Shown here piece after piece: positions 1-8,407 of a DNA stretch of 32,000 nucleotides. The stretch is from Candidatus Methanoperedens sp. Lineage in GTDB: Archaea; Halobacteriota; Methanosarcinia; Methanosarcinales; Methanoperedenaceae. Under the pieces are notes generated by a model, which ran no database searches, was not told the DNA's origin, and saw only the letters and a list, made by a program, of their open reading frames with translations. Location of the stretch: contig JAPZAR010000004.1 of assembly GCA_027460535.1 (NCBI GenBank), positions 30,001-62,000 on the forward strand, written 5' to 3'. Made by a program: the position numbers and the translations under genes. Numbering within the stretch: the first letter of the stretch is position 1; each line of letters opens with the position of its first letter.

Positions 1-138
1 GGGATCAAGATTTATGCGGATGACAAAGCAGTCCTTTCAAGGTCGCTCACAAATAAGTTGATCAGCTGGGTAGAAGTGAAAGAGATAGGCACGCTTCTGG
101 ATTTCATAATGAATACTGACAGAGTTGCTTGGTTTTAG
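1..138 (+). CDS. 3' end of a DsrH/TusB-family sulfur-relay subunit (partial; start lies upstream of the window)
   Basis: Frame 1 is open from base 1 to TAG 136-138. The translation GIKIYADDKAVLSRSLTNKLISWVEVKEIGTLLDFIMNTDRVAWF follows the TusB/DsrH C-terminal pattern (IKxYA..D...R.LT ... AW near the end). DsrE/DsrF/TusA-like genes follow directly. Confidence 0.5.
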   Translation, partial: GIKIYADDKAVLSRSLTNKLISWVEVKEIGTLLDFIMNTDRVAWF

Positions 139-146
139 GTGATAAC

Positions 147-515
147 ATGACAGGAAAACAGCTAACCATCGTATCAATAAACGGCCCGTATCGTGACGAA
201 GGCGTGTTCACAATGATGAGATTGGCCCATGCGGCAAAGGAAAAAGGCATCACTGTTAATTTCTTTAATTATCTGGATGCAACTGTGATTGCCCACAGGG
301 ACCAGGCTCCCAAAGAGTTCCCCACAGTTGAGACCATCTTCGGTACCATCGTGAAGAAAGGCATAAAGAAACCAAAGGCGGATGCTATCGCATGCATAAA
401 ATGCACAGATGCGCGCGGTGTGACGAAACAGCAGACCGAAGGCGTCATAATCGGCGGACTTTATGACCTTGGCGAATGGACTGGAGAATCGGATAAAACA
501 ATTCTGATAGGGTGA
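147..515 (+). CDS. DsrE/TusD-like sulfurtransferase subunit
   Basis: ATG 147 is preceded by GGTGA (138-142), so the TTG at 129 in the ORF track is less likely. 122 aa with a DsrE-family pattern, including the Cys-containing segment ADAIACIKCTDARGV. Confidence 0.7.
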   Translation: MTGKQLTIVSINGPYRDEGVFTMMRLAHAAKEKGITVNFFNYLDATVIAHRDQAPKEFPTVETIFGTIVKKGIKKPKADAIACIKCTDARGVTKQQTEGVIIGGLYDLGEWTGESDKTILIG

Positions 516-519
516 GAAC

Positions 520-894
520 ATGAGCAAGAAAGTAAACATCATCGTGACCCAGCCCCCGTATGGGAAAGAAGATGCTTTCGGGGCAGTGCCAATGGGAGCT
601 TCCCAGGTCGCAGCTGGAAATGAGGCGTCTTTGATCTTCGTGAGCGGAGGTGTGCATTCCATTGTAAAAGGGCAGAAAACCGGATATGGGGACCTCGCTG
701 TATGGATAAAGGATGTCCCATCTGTGGAAGCGGAGATAACCAAGAATATCGAAATCGTCAACTTTTTCGCTCTTGACAGGGATATTGCGAAACGTGGAAT
801 AGCCGATAGTGAGATCATTGATGGAATAAAGAAGATCTCACTTGATGAGCTCACGGACAGGATACTCGAAGCGGACGTGAACCTGGTATTTTGA
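520..894 (+). CDS. DsrF/TusC-like sulfur-relay subunit
   Basis: Starts 4 nt after the previous stop. 124 aa. The N-terminus KVNIIVTQPPYG and the C-terminal FFALDRDIAKRGI...DVNLVF fit the DsrE/F/H fold. There is no Cys at the DsrE active-site position. Confidence 0.65.
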   Translation: MSKKVNIIVTQPPYGKEDAFGAVPMGASQVAAGNEASLIFVSGGVHSIVKGQKTGYGDLAVWIKDVPSVEAEITKNIEIVNFFALDRDIAKRGIADSEIIDGIKKISLDELTDRILEADVNLVF

Positions 895-1130
895 TGACAG
901 AAATAATTCCGGATGAGACGATTGATGTGAGAGGAGAGTGCTGCCCATATCCTCTCATCCTGACCAAAAAAAAGGTGGAGCAGTTAAAAAGCGGAGAGAT
1001 ATTAAAGGTAATAGCCGACGATCCTGTAGCTCCTCAGAACATCGACAGCTGGGCTAAAAAATCGGGAAATAAACTCCTTGCCGTCCAGCAGGAAGGTAAC
1101 ATTTTCAATATATATGTCCAGAGAACCTAG
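894..1130 (+). CDS. tusA: TusA/SirA-family sulfur carrier protein
   Basis: ATG 894 overlaps the DsrF-like stop (TGATG). 78 aa. Carries the diagnostic motif DVRGECCPYPLILTKK (CPxP cysteine). Confidence 0.8.
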   Translation: MTEIIPDETIDVRGECCPYPLILTKKKVEQLKSGEILKVIADDPVAPQNIDSWAKKSGNKLLAVQQEGNIFNIYVQRT

Positions 1131-1696
1131 GCTTTCCCTGTAGATTCCCCCAGCACTACCCCTGTAGCTATAAGATGAGCAACGCGAAGGGGCTCAGGGA
1201 TGTTGCTGTGAGTTGAGGTTTTTTTCACGATCTCGATAGCGCTTTTTTTATCGATCCCGCAAACCTGAATAAAAACGGGATTCTCCTGTTCGATCTCGTG
1301 GATCTTTCCAGCGCTTCTTATTATCTCCCATCGTTTTTCTTTCTCAGGCAGATTTTCGAGGGCAAGCCTGATTTTTTCAAAATCGGGGCATGACCGCATA
1401 AAAACGATGACAGGAATATTTGTTTCACTGAAAAGCCTGTTTATGTCCACAGGATTGAATCCTGCGTATGTGACGCCGTCAAGCATAGTTGCCCTTATCT
1501 GGGAATAATATTTAGAGTTCTTTATCATCCCTGCAATGATCTCTGTTGCATCCATACCGTCTTTCGTTATCTCAGAACAAAGAACGCCATCGAGCTGCTC
1601 ACCTCCCCGGAAAAAAGCCCCTATTATCGTAACCCGTTCATAGATAATAGCCGAATCATCGATGGCAAGAATCCTTATCTGGGATTTTATGTGCAT
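1127..1696 (-). CDS. DUF99/UPF0215 family protein (EndoV-like fold)
   Basis: 189 aa. The pattern ILAIDDS...GAFFRGG..LDGV...ITKDGMDAT...LDGVTYAGFN is typical of archaeal UPF0215. Its stop overlaps the tusA stop in a convergent CTAG. Confidence 0.7.
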   Translation of the reverse strand: MHIKSQIRILAIDDSAIIYERVTIIGAFFRGGEQLDGVLCSEITKDGMDATEIIAGMIKNSKYYSQIRATMLDGVTYAGFNPVDINRLFSETNIPVIVFMRSCPDFEKIRLALENLPEKEKRWEIIRSAGKIHEIEQENPVFIQVCGIDKKSAIEIVKKTSTHSNIPEPLRVAHLIATGVVLGESTGKA

Positions 1697-1773
1697 TGTT
1701 TTCTTTTAGATATGAAATTTTATATAACTTTCTGTCGATGATTTTAATATCGTCTGTTACAATACCAGAATGC

Positions 1774-2511
1774 ATGAAATTTGCCAAGAAATGTCCCAAA
1801 TGCGGCGGTGAAATTCAGACAAAGAGCATTAAAAAGTCCATAGGGCTTGGGTTCGTTGATATCCCGGTAGCTCAGTTCTGCCTGAATCCCCAGTGCGACT
1901 GGTATCAGGATTTTTCGGAGGCAAAAAAACCTGAAGAAATAAGAGACGGAGTGCTTCAGATAAAAGTTCCAAGAATCAAATATAAGATGCCTGAAATAAA
2001 GGGTGCATCTTTCCCAGAGGTGACTCAAAAAAACGTAATCACCCTGGGAGGTATTATTGTTATCATATCTACTTTACTGCTCGTTTCATTTCTCTACCAT
2101 CCGCAGTTACCATCAAATCCTCATTCATACAACACTTCAGAAAAAGGTACTCCGGTCGAAACTGCAATTGTTTCTCCCAAGACAACGATCCAGGCATCGG
2201 CCATTGTTTCTGAAAAGCACCAGCAATATGTTGTGAAGATGGACGCATCTCACGGCTTCATTCCCGCGATTTCGAACATAAACAGGTCTGATACCGTTGT
2301 ATGGATTAACCAGGAAGACCAGCGTCCAAGGATTGTCTTGATAAGCAAAGAAAATTTATTTGAAAATCAGATCATACAATATGCCGGGGATCGATTTTCC
2401 TACCAGTTCAACCAGTCAGGGAATTACATTTTCATGCTTGCGGATTATGACCCGGCTAATCATACTACTATTGAATATCCGGATGTCAAAGGCTATGTGG
2501 CCGTGAAATAA
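1774..2511 (+). CDS. Zinc-ribbon / single-pass membrane protein with a C-terminal cupredoxin-like domain
   Basis: Start moved to ATG 1774 (MKFAKKCPKCGGEIQ). Contains a CPKC...CLNPQC zinc ribbon, a TM helix ITLGGIIVIISTLLLVSFLY, a P/S/T linker and a beta-rich C-terminal domain (GFIPAISNINRSDTVVWINQED...GNYIFML...KGYVAVK). Confidence 0.5.
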   Translation: MKFAKKCPKCGGEIQTKSIKKSIGLGFVDIPVAQFCLNPQCDWYQDFSEAKKPEEIRDGVLQIKVPRIKYKMPEIKGASFPEVTQKNVITLGGIIVIISTLLLVSFLYHPQLPSNPHSYNTSEKGTPVETAIVSPKTTIQASAIVSEKHQQYVVKMDASHGFIPAISNINRSDTVVWINQEDQRPRIVLISKENLFENQIIQYAGDRFSYQFNQSGNYIFMLADYDPANHTTIEYPDVKGYVAVK

Positions 2512-2578
2512 AACCATCACGTTTATTCATTTGGAAAGCATTATATTCCCATAATCCAATATTAGAATTGGTGAAATA

Positions 2579-2812
2579 ATGGCAATAGGTTTTGTATTGA
2601 TAAATGTTGCTCCAGGTTCAGAAAAGAAAGTCTTTGATACGATGATAAAGTGGGATGAGATACAGGAACTTCATCCGCTTTTCGGGGATTACGACCTTAT
2701 TGCTAAGATCCAGGCGTCCGATTACGAAGCGTTGAGCGATATCGTGGTCAATAAGATTAGGGCCATAAAAGGCGTCACCGAGACAAAGACGCTGACCGGC
2801 GCGAAGTTCTAA
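2579..2812 (+). CDS. Stand-alone Lrp/AsnC-type ligand-binding (RAM) domain protein
   Basis: 77 aa. The pattern MAIGFVLINVAPGSEKKV...ELHPLFGDYDLIAKIQASD...IRAIKGVTETKTL matches small AsnC-type RAM-domain proteins without an HTH. Confidence 0.7.
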   Translation: MAIGFVLINVAPGSEKKVFDTMIKWDEIQELHPLFGDYDLIAKIQASDYEALSDIVVNKIRAIKGVTETKTLTGAKF

Positions 2813-2819
2813 TGATATT

Positions 2820-3578
2820 TTAGAAAAACCTGGATGCCAGTGTAGATTTTACATCACATATTCCCGTGAAGCTGCAATGTTCACACGGCGCATTTGCGGG
2901 TCTTTCTGGCATGAAACCCTCCTCGATCTTTCTTATCTTATCTCTTATCTGGAGGATATTTCTGCGCTCATGCCTTTTGATCACCGCCTCCCTCACCTTC
3001 CCCCACTTTGCATATTCAACAAATCCCCGCTCAACGGGAATGCCATATTTTTCGCCTGCAAGCATGGCATATGCGGCCAGCTGGAGCCTGTCGCTCTGCC
3101 ATATTCCGTTCTCAGGAATATTTCCTGTTTTTGTTATCGACGGGATGAACTCATCATTTATTTTCACTAGCTTATCCGGGCTGCCGGTCATGCCGAACTT
3201 TTCGGAACGCAACAAGGGTTCGACCTGGACTGATGCACGGTTATAAAAATCAGCTTCCAGAGAGAGGTTTGAACATATATTGGCGAGGTATGACCGGACA
3301 TTTGAGAAAGAAAGAGAAAGTGTATCATCTTCGACTCCAGCTAATTCGGCAGGATAGACGATACAAATTTCGCGAGATATCCGGTCTAGCTCACCATTGA
3401 GAAAAGAAAGCATATCCGGGTTATTAAATGCCTGCTCATAGGTAAGGGCCAGTTCCTTCAATATCATGCGCTCCAGGTATTCAGCAGAGGTATCTCTTAT
3501 CAGTTCATGTCCTTTGATCATGAAATAGCACCTCCTGGGGCATTTATGATAGACCATTACATCCGAAACCCTGATCAT
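2820..3578 (-). CDS. Cas4-like / DUF83 PD-(D/E)xK nuclease with 4-Cys Fe-S motif (orphan; no CRISPR-cas nearby)
   Basis: ATG 3578 gives MIRVSDVMVYHKCPRRCYF, so the GTG at 3587 is less likely. Has an N-terminal Cys plus the C-terminal CEHCSFTGIC (CxxCx5C), and the QxxxY-type segment RLQLAAYAML. Confidence 0.7.
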   Translation of the reverse strand: MIRVSDVMVYHKCPRRCYFMIKGHELIRDTSAEYLERMILKELALTYEQAFNNPDMLSFLNGELDRISREICIVYPAELAGVEDDTLSLSFSNVRSYLANICSNLSLEADFYNRASVQVEPLLRSEKFGMTGSPDKLVKINDEFIPSITKTGNIPENGIWQSDRLQLAAYAMLAGEKYGIPVERGFVEYAKWGKVREAVIKRHERRNILQIRDKIRKIEEGFMPERPANAPCEHCSFTGICDVKSTLASRFF

Positions 3579-3724
3579 AACGCACACGACTCGCCCAGCG
3601 TTTAAAAATATTGCTTTTCTGTCCGCAATTTTAGAGAGTGCTTGGAGAAAGAAGTTTTTTAGAAAACATTCCCAAAACCTATATCAATAATGGAGTTGTA
3701 TGCGAAGGAAAATGGAGAAATACC

Positions 3725-3925
3725 ATGGGAAATATAAGACCTAATTATATCAAATCATTGGCACACCAGTTACTCGAAGAGCACAGCGACATTTTCACCA
3801 CGGATTTCGGGACGAACAAGGAGAATGTCACCAGATACACCAACATAGAGAGCAAAGGAATCAGGAACCGGGTAGCCGGATACATAGTACGTCAGTTAAG
3901 AGTGAAAGCTATCAGAAAGAAGTAG
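3725..3925 (+). CDS. rps17e: 30S ribosomal protein eS17 (S17e)
   Basis: Start moved to ATG 3725, downstream of GGAGAAATACC. 66 aa. [20 protein letters not shown]...[12 protein letters not shown] is a typical archaeal S17e. Confidence 0.85.
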   Translation: MGNIRPNYIKSLAHQLLEEHSDIFTTDFGTNKENVTRYTNIESKGIRNRVAGYIVRQLRVKAIRKK

Positions 3926-3931
3926 AGGCTT

Positions 3932-4807
3932 ATGATAGAAGGTGTTCTACCAGCCCTCATTACTCCTTTCACGAAGGATAATAAAATAGACACGGATGGT
4001 CTCCAGCAGAATATCGAATTTTTGATAGAAGGCGGGGTTTCAGGTATAGTCCCATGCGGGACTACAGGCGAGTCTGCCACCCTCACCATGGAGGAACACA
4101 AAAAGGTCATTGAGATCGCAGTTGACTGTTCCTCGGTTCCAGTGGTAGCAGGCACGGGTTCCAATAACACCATTGAAGCTATAGAATTGACATGCGCAGC
4201 CCGGGACGAGGGTGCTGACGCTGCTCTTTTGATAACGCCGTATTACAACAAGCCGAACGACCGCGGGATGCTTGCCCATTTCAAGAAAGTCGCGGATGCA
4301 GTTGACATACCGATTATTCTATACAATGTTCCCTCCCGCACTGGTATCAACCTCAAGCCCGAGCTGGTTGCCCAGCTTGCAAAAGAACCCAATATCGCAG
4401 GAATAAAAGAGGCAAGCGGCAGTCTTGATCAGGTTACCAGGATCCTTGAGCTTACAAAGGATGAGGATTTTGTAATACTTTCAGGGGATGACGGCCTGAC
4501 GCTGCCCATAATGGCGATTGGTGGTTCGGGTGTGATATCCGTTGTGGCCAACGTAGCTCCGAAACTCATGGTTTCCATGCTCAGAGCATTCCGGAAAGGG
4601 GACATGAAAGAGGCAAGAAGACTGCATCTTGAGCTTGCCCCGCTGATACGCGCGGTCTTCTTAGAGACAAATCCCATCCCAATAAAAAAGGCGGTCGAGC
4701 TCATCGGGCTTCGTGCAGGAGATCTCAGGCTTCCCCTTGCGCCCATCAGCGAAGACAACGAAAGAAAGCTTAAAGCCGCATTAAATGACCTTCATCTGAT
4801 AGCATGA
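3932..4807 (+). CDS. dapA: 4-hydroxy-tetrahydrodipicolinate synthase
   Basis: 291 aa. Contains GTTGESATLT, YNVPSRTG and GIKEASG (Schiff-base Lys region). Starts 6 nt after rps17e. Confidence 0.95.
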   Translation: MIEGVLPALITPFTKDNKIDTDGLQQNIEFLIEGGVSGIVPCGTTGESATLTMEEHKKVIEIAVDCSSVPVVAGTGSNNTIEAIELTCAARDEGADAALLITPYYNKPNDRGMLAHFKKVADAVDIPIILYNVPSRTGINLKPELVAQLAKEPNIAGIKEASGSLDQVTRILELTKDEDFVILSGDDGLTLPIMAIGGSGVISVVANVAPKLMVSMLRAFRKGDMKEARRLHLELAPLIRAVFLETNPIPIKKAVELIGLRAGDLRLPLAPISEDNERKLKAALNDLHLIA

Positions 4808-4813
4808 GTTAAT

Positions 4814-5608
4814 ATGATAAAAATAGCAGTTTCCGGCGCCTGCGGAAGGATGGGTGGCCTTATTATTGAAAATGTGCTGAAATCGAAAGATTTGAAGCTC
4901 GTATCAGCTATCGATGTGACAAATATTGGCAAGGATATAGGGGATGTTTTGAGGGCTGGTAAATTAAATATCCAAGTTGAGGATGCAAGGAATATCGATA
5001 ATGCGCTGGACAGATCAAAACCTGATGTGCTCATTGATTTTACGATAGCCGATGCGGCTGTAAAGACCGTGTTGGCGTGCGCTGCAAAAGAAGTCAATGT
5101 GGTAGTAGGAACAACGGGATTCACCCCCCAGCAGCGAACGCTCATGGAGAATACCATTAAAGAAAATAACGTTTCTGCCGTGATATCACCCAATTTCTCG
5201 ATCGGGGTGAATGTCTTCTGGGGATTGCTTGCCGAGGCCGCACAGCGGCTTTCGGACTATGATATTGAAATAATAGAAGCGCACCATAACCAGAAAAAAG
5301 ACGCGCCAAGCGGTACTGCAATGAAGGCTGCAGAGGTCATTTCAAAAACGCTTGGAGGAAAAGATCTCATTTATGGAAGACATGGCATTTCGCCCCGCCA
5401 GAAAGAGATTGGCATCCATGCAGTGCGTGGGGGCGACATTGTCGGCGATCATACTGTGCTATTCGCGGGTGACGGGGAACGCATTGAAATCAAACACCAG
5501 GCCCACAGCAGACAGGCATTCGCAAAAGGCGCAGTCAAGGCGGCACACTGGGTTGCAGAGGCATCATCTGGCGTGTATGAAATGAAGGATGTTCTTGGCA
5601 TAAAATGA
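4814..5608 (+). CDS. dapB: 4-hydroxy-tetrahydrodipicolinate reductase
   Basis: 264 aa. N-terminal GACGRMG dinucleotide fold and the signature EAHHNQKKDAPSGTA. Starts 6 nt after dapA. Confidence 0.95.
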   Translation: MIKIAVSGACGRMGGLIIENVLKSKDLKLVSAIDVTNIGKDIGDVLRAGKLNIQVEDARNIDNALDRSKPDVLIDFTIADAAVKTVLACAAKEVNVVVGTTGFTPQQRTLMENTIKENNVSAVISPNFSIGVNVFWGLLAEAAQRLSDYDIEIIEAHHNQKKDAPSGTAMKAAEVISKTLGGKDLIYGRHGISPRQKEIGIHAVRGGDIVGDHTVLFAGDGERIEIKHQAHSRQAFAKGAVKAAHWVAEASSGVYEMKDVLGIK

Positions 5609-5892
5609 CCTCTTAAGTGCTCAAACTTTTTTACAGATTATCCATTGCATCCGAAAAGGTTAAAAGCAATGTGATAGAATGAGGGAGAAATCATTCACTC
5701 TTTATGCAGTGATTGGAGTACCACTAAATATCGATTTCAAAGTTGTTTTGAGAAACTAAACTCTTCCGATGATGAAATTTCTTAATCAATGCATAATTAG
5801 AATGGAGTGACAGTTCCGGTTAATCCGGGATATGTACCGTGCATTATGAAATGCATAACCCCAACTTATGTTGGAAAAGGAGGACATATAGA

Positions 5893-6753
5893 GTGCTGAA
5901 TGAATTACAGAACAGGAAAGCCGACTTAAAAGATAAGTCTGAAGAGTATAAGAATAAAAGAAATGAGCTCAATCTGGAAGCAAGCAAGTGGGCCACAAAC
6001 AGGAACGAATTAAATAAGCGCACCAAAGAGCTGATCGATGAGGCGCAGCAACTCAAAAAGTTGCGTGATGAGAATAACCAGAAAGTGGGAGAAGCCAAAC
6101 TCAAGCGCGACGAATTGAACGAGCAGGCCAATAAGATATATGCGGAAATCGATAAGATCCGCAAGGATTTAAATCTTGGTGAAGGCCCGTCCCTGAAGGA
6201 TTTAAAAAAGGAAATTGACAGGCTGGAGTTCAGGCAGCAGACAGAGGTATTGACCCCTCCAAAGGAACGGGAGCTTGTTGACAGCATAGCGAAGATGACT
6301 GAAGAACTCAAGCGCAAGAAACAGCAGCTTGAGGGCAGTACTGAATTAAGATCATTGCTTGAGAACGCCACGACCCTGCGCGACGAAGCCGCATTGTATC
6401 ACAGTAAGGTTAAGGAATATGCAGAAGCTGCGCAGCAAAATCATGATAAGATGATCGTGATATTCAAAGAAGCGGATGCCATAAGGGCAGAATCGGATGC
6501 AGCGCATAAAGAATTTGTGAAAGCGCAGGAAGCGGCCGATGAACAGCATAGATTATTCATCCAATCTCAAAAAGAGATCCGTGAACTCAATAAAGTAATT
6601 ATCGGATTGAAGCGAAAGTCAAAGGAAACAAAGGAAGAATCCATCAGAGAGCAGACCAAGAAGGAAGCCGAAGAGGTTTATAATCAATTCAAGCTCGGCG
6701 AAAAATTGAATACAGAAGACTTGATGCTTCTCCAGAGATCGGGTCTTCTGTAA
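5893..6753 (+). CDS. Conserved archaeal coiled-coil protein (COG1340-type, from memory)
   Basis: GTG 5893 lies 9 nt after AGGAGG (5878-5883), so the GTG at 5839 in the ORF track is less likely. 286 aa, K/E/L/N-rich heptad-like sequence throughout with no other motif. Confidence 0.6.
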   Translation: MLNELQNRKADLKDKSEEYKNKRNELNLEASKWATNRNELNKRTKELIDEAQQLKKLRDENNQKVGEAKLKRDELNEQANKIYAEIDKIRKDLNLGEGPSLKDLKKEIDRLEFRQQTEVLTPPKERELVDSIAKMTEELKRKKQQLEGSTELRSLLENATTLRDEAALYHSKVKEYAEAAQQNHDKMIVIFKEADAIRAESDAAHKEFVKAQEAADEQHRLFIQSQKEIRELNKVIIGLKRKSKETKEESIREQTKKEAEEVYNQFKLGEKLNTEDLMLLQRSGLL

Positions 6754-6780
6754 ACTTCTTTTGTTAAAGACCGACCAAGC

Positions 6781-6789
6781 TTTTTTTTT
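6781..6789 (+). terminator. Oligo-T tract (archaeal-type terminator) after the coiled-coil gene
   Basis: Nine consecutive T, 28 nt after stop 6753. Confidence 0.35.
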
Positions 6790-7177
6790 GCGATATATAT
6801 TCAAGTTCATATATAAGCGGAAATAGTTCACATAAAAAAGAAACCGCAGATAAGCGTACTATTAACACTTTTGGTCTGCTTCAACCCTATGAGGCCGGTC
6901 CACTCAAAATCTGTCAGAGATGCCCGATTTTGCCTTTACTTTTGTAGCCTAGGCTACAACAATTATTTGGAAAATTTTTCGCTATCAGCGCTGTATGCGT
7001 TTTTAAATCAATTAGCTTTTGTAGTCATTGTAACCCTGGAACTCAGGACAGATATGATATAATCGCGCATAATGATAGCATTATGTATATAAGTATAATT
7101 ATTACAATTCAAAAAGTAATATATATATAGTAGGAGGTTGTACAGGAAACTGGAGAAATCACTAGTGGTGGTGGCTT

Positions 7178-8293
7178 TTGATATCTAACATAAGTGTAGG
7201 TGTGTGCGTCTACAACGAGGAAAAAAACATTAGAAGCCTGCTAAATTCATTATTGAAACAAAAAACTACAAAACATATCAAAGAAATTATAGTTGTGTCA
7301 TCTGCATGCAGCGATAAAACAAATGATATTATCGAAAATGATTTTTTGAAATTTTACCCACAGATAGTATTAATCAAACAGGAGAAAAGGGAAGGAAAAG
7401 CATCTGCAATAAATCTTTTTTTAAAATATGCCAGTGGCGATATATTCGTATTGGAAAGTGGTGACACTACTCCAGCCCTGGACACAATCGAAAATCTAAC
7501 CGAACCTTTCATGAATCCAAAAATAGGTATGACTGGAGGACGCCCAATCCCGGTAAATGATCAATATACATTTATGGGTTTTACGGTTCACTTAATATGG
7601 AAGTTTCATCATAAACTTGCTTTAAAACATCCTAAACTTGGTGAATTAGTAGCTTTTAGAAGATTTTTAATTAAAAAAATTCCGATAGATACTGCTGTAG
7701 ATGAAGCTTTCATAGAGGCATTGATCAGAGAACAAGGATACGAATTGATGTACGTTCCAAGCGCCATTGTATACAACAAAGGACCTAAAAACATTTCAGA
7801 TTTTCTAAAGCAAAGGAGAAGAATATTTGCCGGACATATCCACCTTAAGAGGACAAAAGGATATGCACCATCCAGCATGAAAAAATTAAATATACTGAAA
7901 TTAATTTTTGAAGATATTGAGTTTAGTCCCATAGAGATTTTGTGGACAGTCGGAGCTATGTTTTTGGAGTTCTATGGACGGGCGCTTGGTTCGTATGATT
8001 TTTATATAAAGAAAGAAAATCCCTTTATATGGAACATCGCAGCGACCACAAAAAGTTATATCCCGGAAATCACCCAAGGTTATGAACGGAATGAATATTC
8101 TGTCCCTGCTGCGCAACGAATAAAACTATGGTCTACGATAAACCGACAAGTGGCGGCTCCAGAATTAAAAATATCATCAGAAGCATCTTTACTGATGGAT
8201 TCACCTATCTTAAGCCCGAGCCAGATAGAAATGCCAAAAACTCAGGTTCATATGGCTTCTCGTTCAGCCGGAGAAGAAAAAATCCAAAGATAA
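7178..8293 (+). CDS. Family 2 glycosyltransferase (GT-A fold)
   Basis: The TTG start is forced. There is an in-frame TAG at 7163-7165, and no ATG until about codon 111. The N-terminus ISVGVCVYNEEKNIRSLLNSLL, EGKASAIN and a GD-containing segment are typical of GT2. There is a C-terminal extension of about 80 aa without obvious motifs. Confidence 0.8.
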   Translation: MISNISVGVCVYNEEKNIRSLLNSLLKQKTTKHIKEIIVVSSACSDKTNDIIENDFLKFYPQIVLIKQEKREGKASAINLFLKYASGDIFVLESGDTTPALDTIENLTEPFMNPKIGMTGGRPIPVNDQYTFMGFTVHLIWKFHHKLALKHPKLGELVAFRRFLIKKIPIDTAVDEAFIEALIREQGYELMYVPSAIVYNKGPKNISDFLKQRRRIFAGHIHLKRTKGYAPSSMKKLNILKLIFEDIEFSPIEILWTVGAMFLEFYGRALGSYDFYIKKENPFIWNIAATTKSYIPEITQGYERNEYSVPAAQRIKLWSTINRQVAAPELKISSEASLLMDSPILSPSQIEMPKTQVHMASRSAGEEKIQR

Positions 8294-8407
8294 TCTTAAC
8301 GAACTGACAAAAATGATGTTACCTTTTTTAATCATTGAAAGCATTGGATTTATTAATCCATGATTCATCTGATTTGTTCTGCAATTATTATTATATGGTT
8401 TTGAAAA

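Noticed and set aside
174-854. A 226-aa minus-strand ORF, plus 445..657 and 539..721, antisense to the DsrE/DsrF-like genes.
   Set aside because: They fully overlap two well-supported plus-strand genes. They have odd composition with no motifs or start context. These are typical shadow ORFs of GC-richer coding DNA.
3892-5193. Minus-strand ORFs 3892..4173, 4040..4279, 4429..4758 and 4792..5193 inside dapA/dapB, and the plus-strand 5352..5585 ORF inside dapB.
   Set aside because: They lie antisense or out of frame to unambiguous dapA/dapB coding sequence, and no independent evidence supports them.
5645-5740. Three consecutive 5-6 bp hairpins downstream of dapB (CATTGC/GCAATG, GAATGA/TCATTC, TCACT/AGTGA), considered as a possible structured RNA.
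   Set aside because: Stems this short are expected by chance in AT-rich spacers. No conserved motif or covariation is available from a single sequence.
5768-5811. A possible C/D-box sRNA: GATGATGA (C box-like) followed about 32 nt later by GTGA.
   Set aside because: It has no canonical CUGA D box and no internal D'/C' pair. It is too short, and the terminal stem is weak.
5844-6371. A 175-aa Ser/Leu/Phe-rich minus-strand ORF opposite the coiled-coil gene.
   Set aside because: It is the mirror image of a Lys/Glu/Leu-rich gene (AAG/GAA codons read as CTT/TTC). It is a low-complexity artefact.
6871-7062. A 63-aa ORF in the core/island intergenic gap.
   Set aside because: It has no ribosome-binding site or promoter context and an implausible start. 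It spans the palindrome and AT-rich spacer, so it is more likely non-coding.
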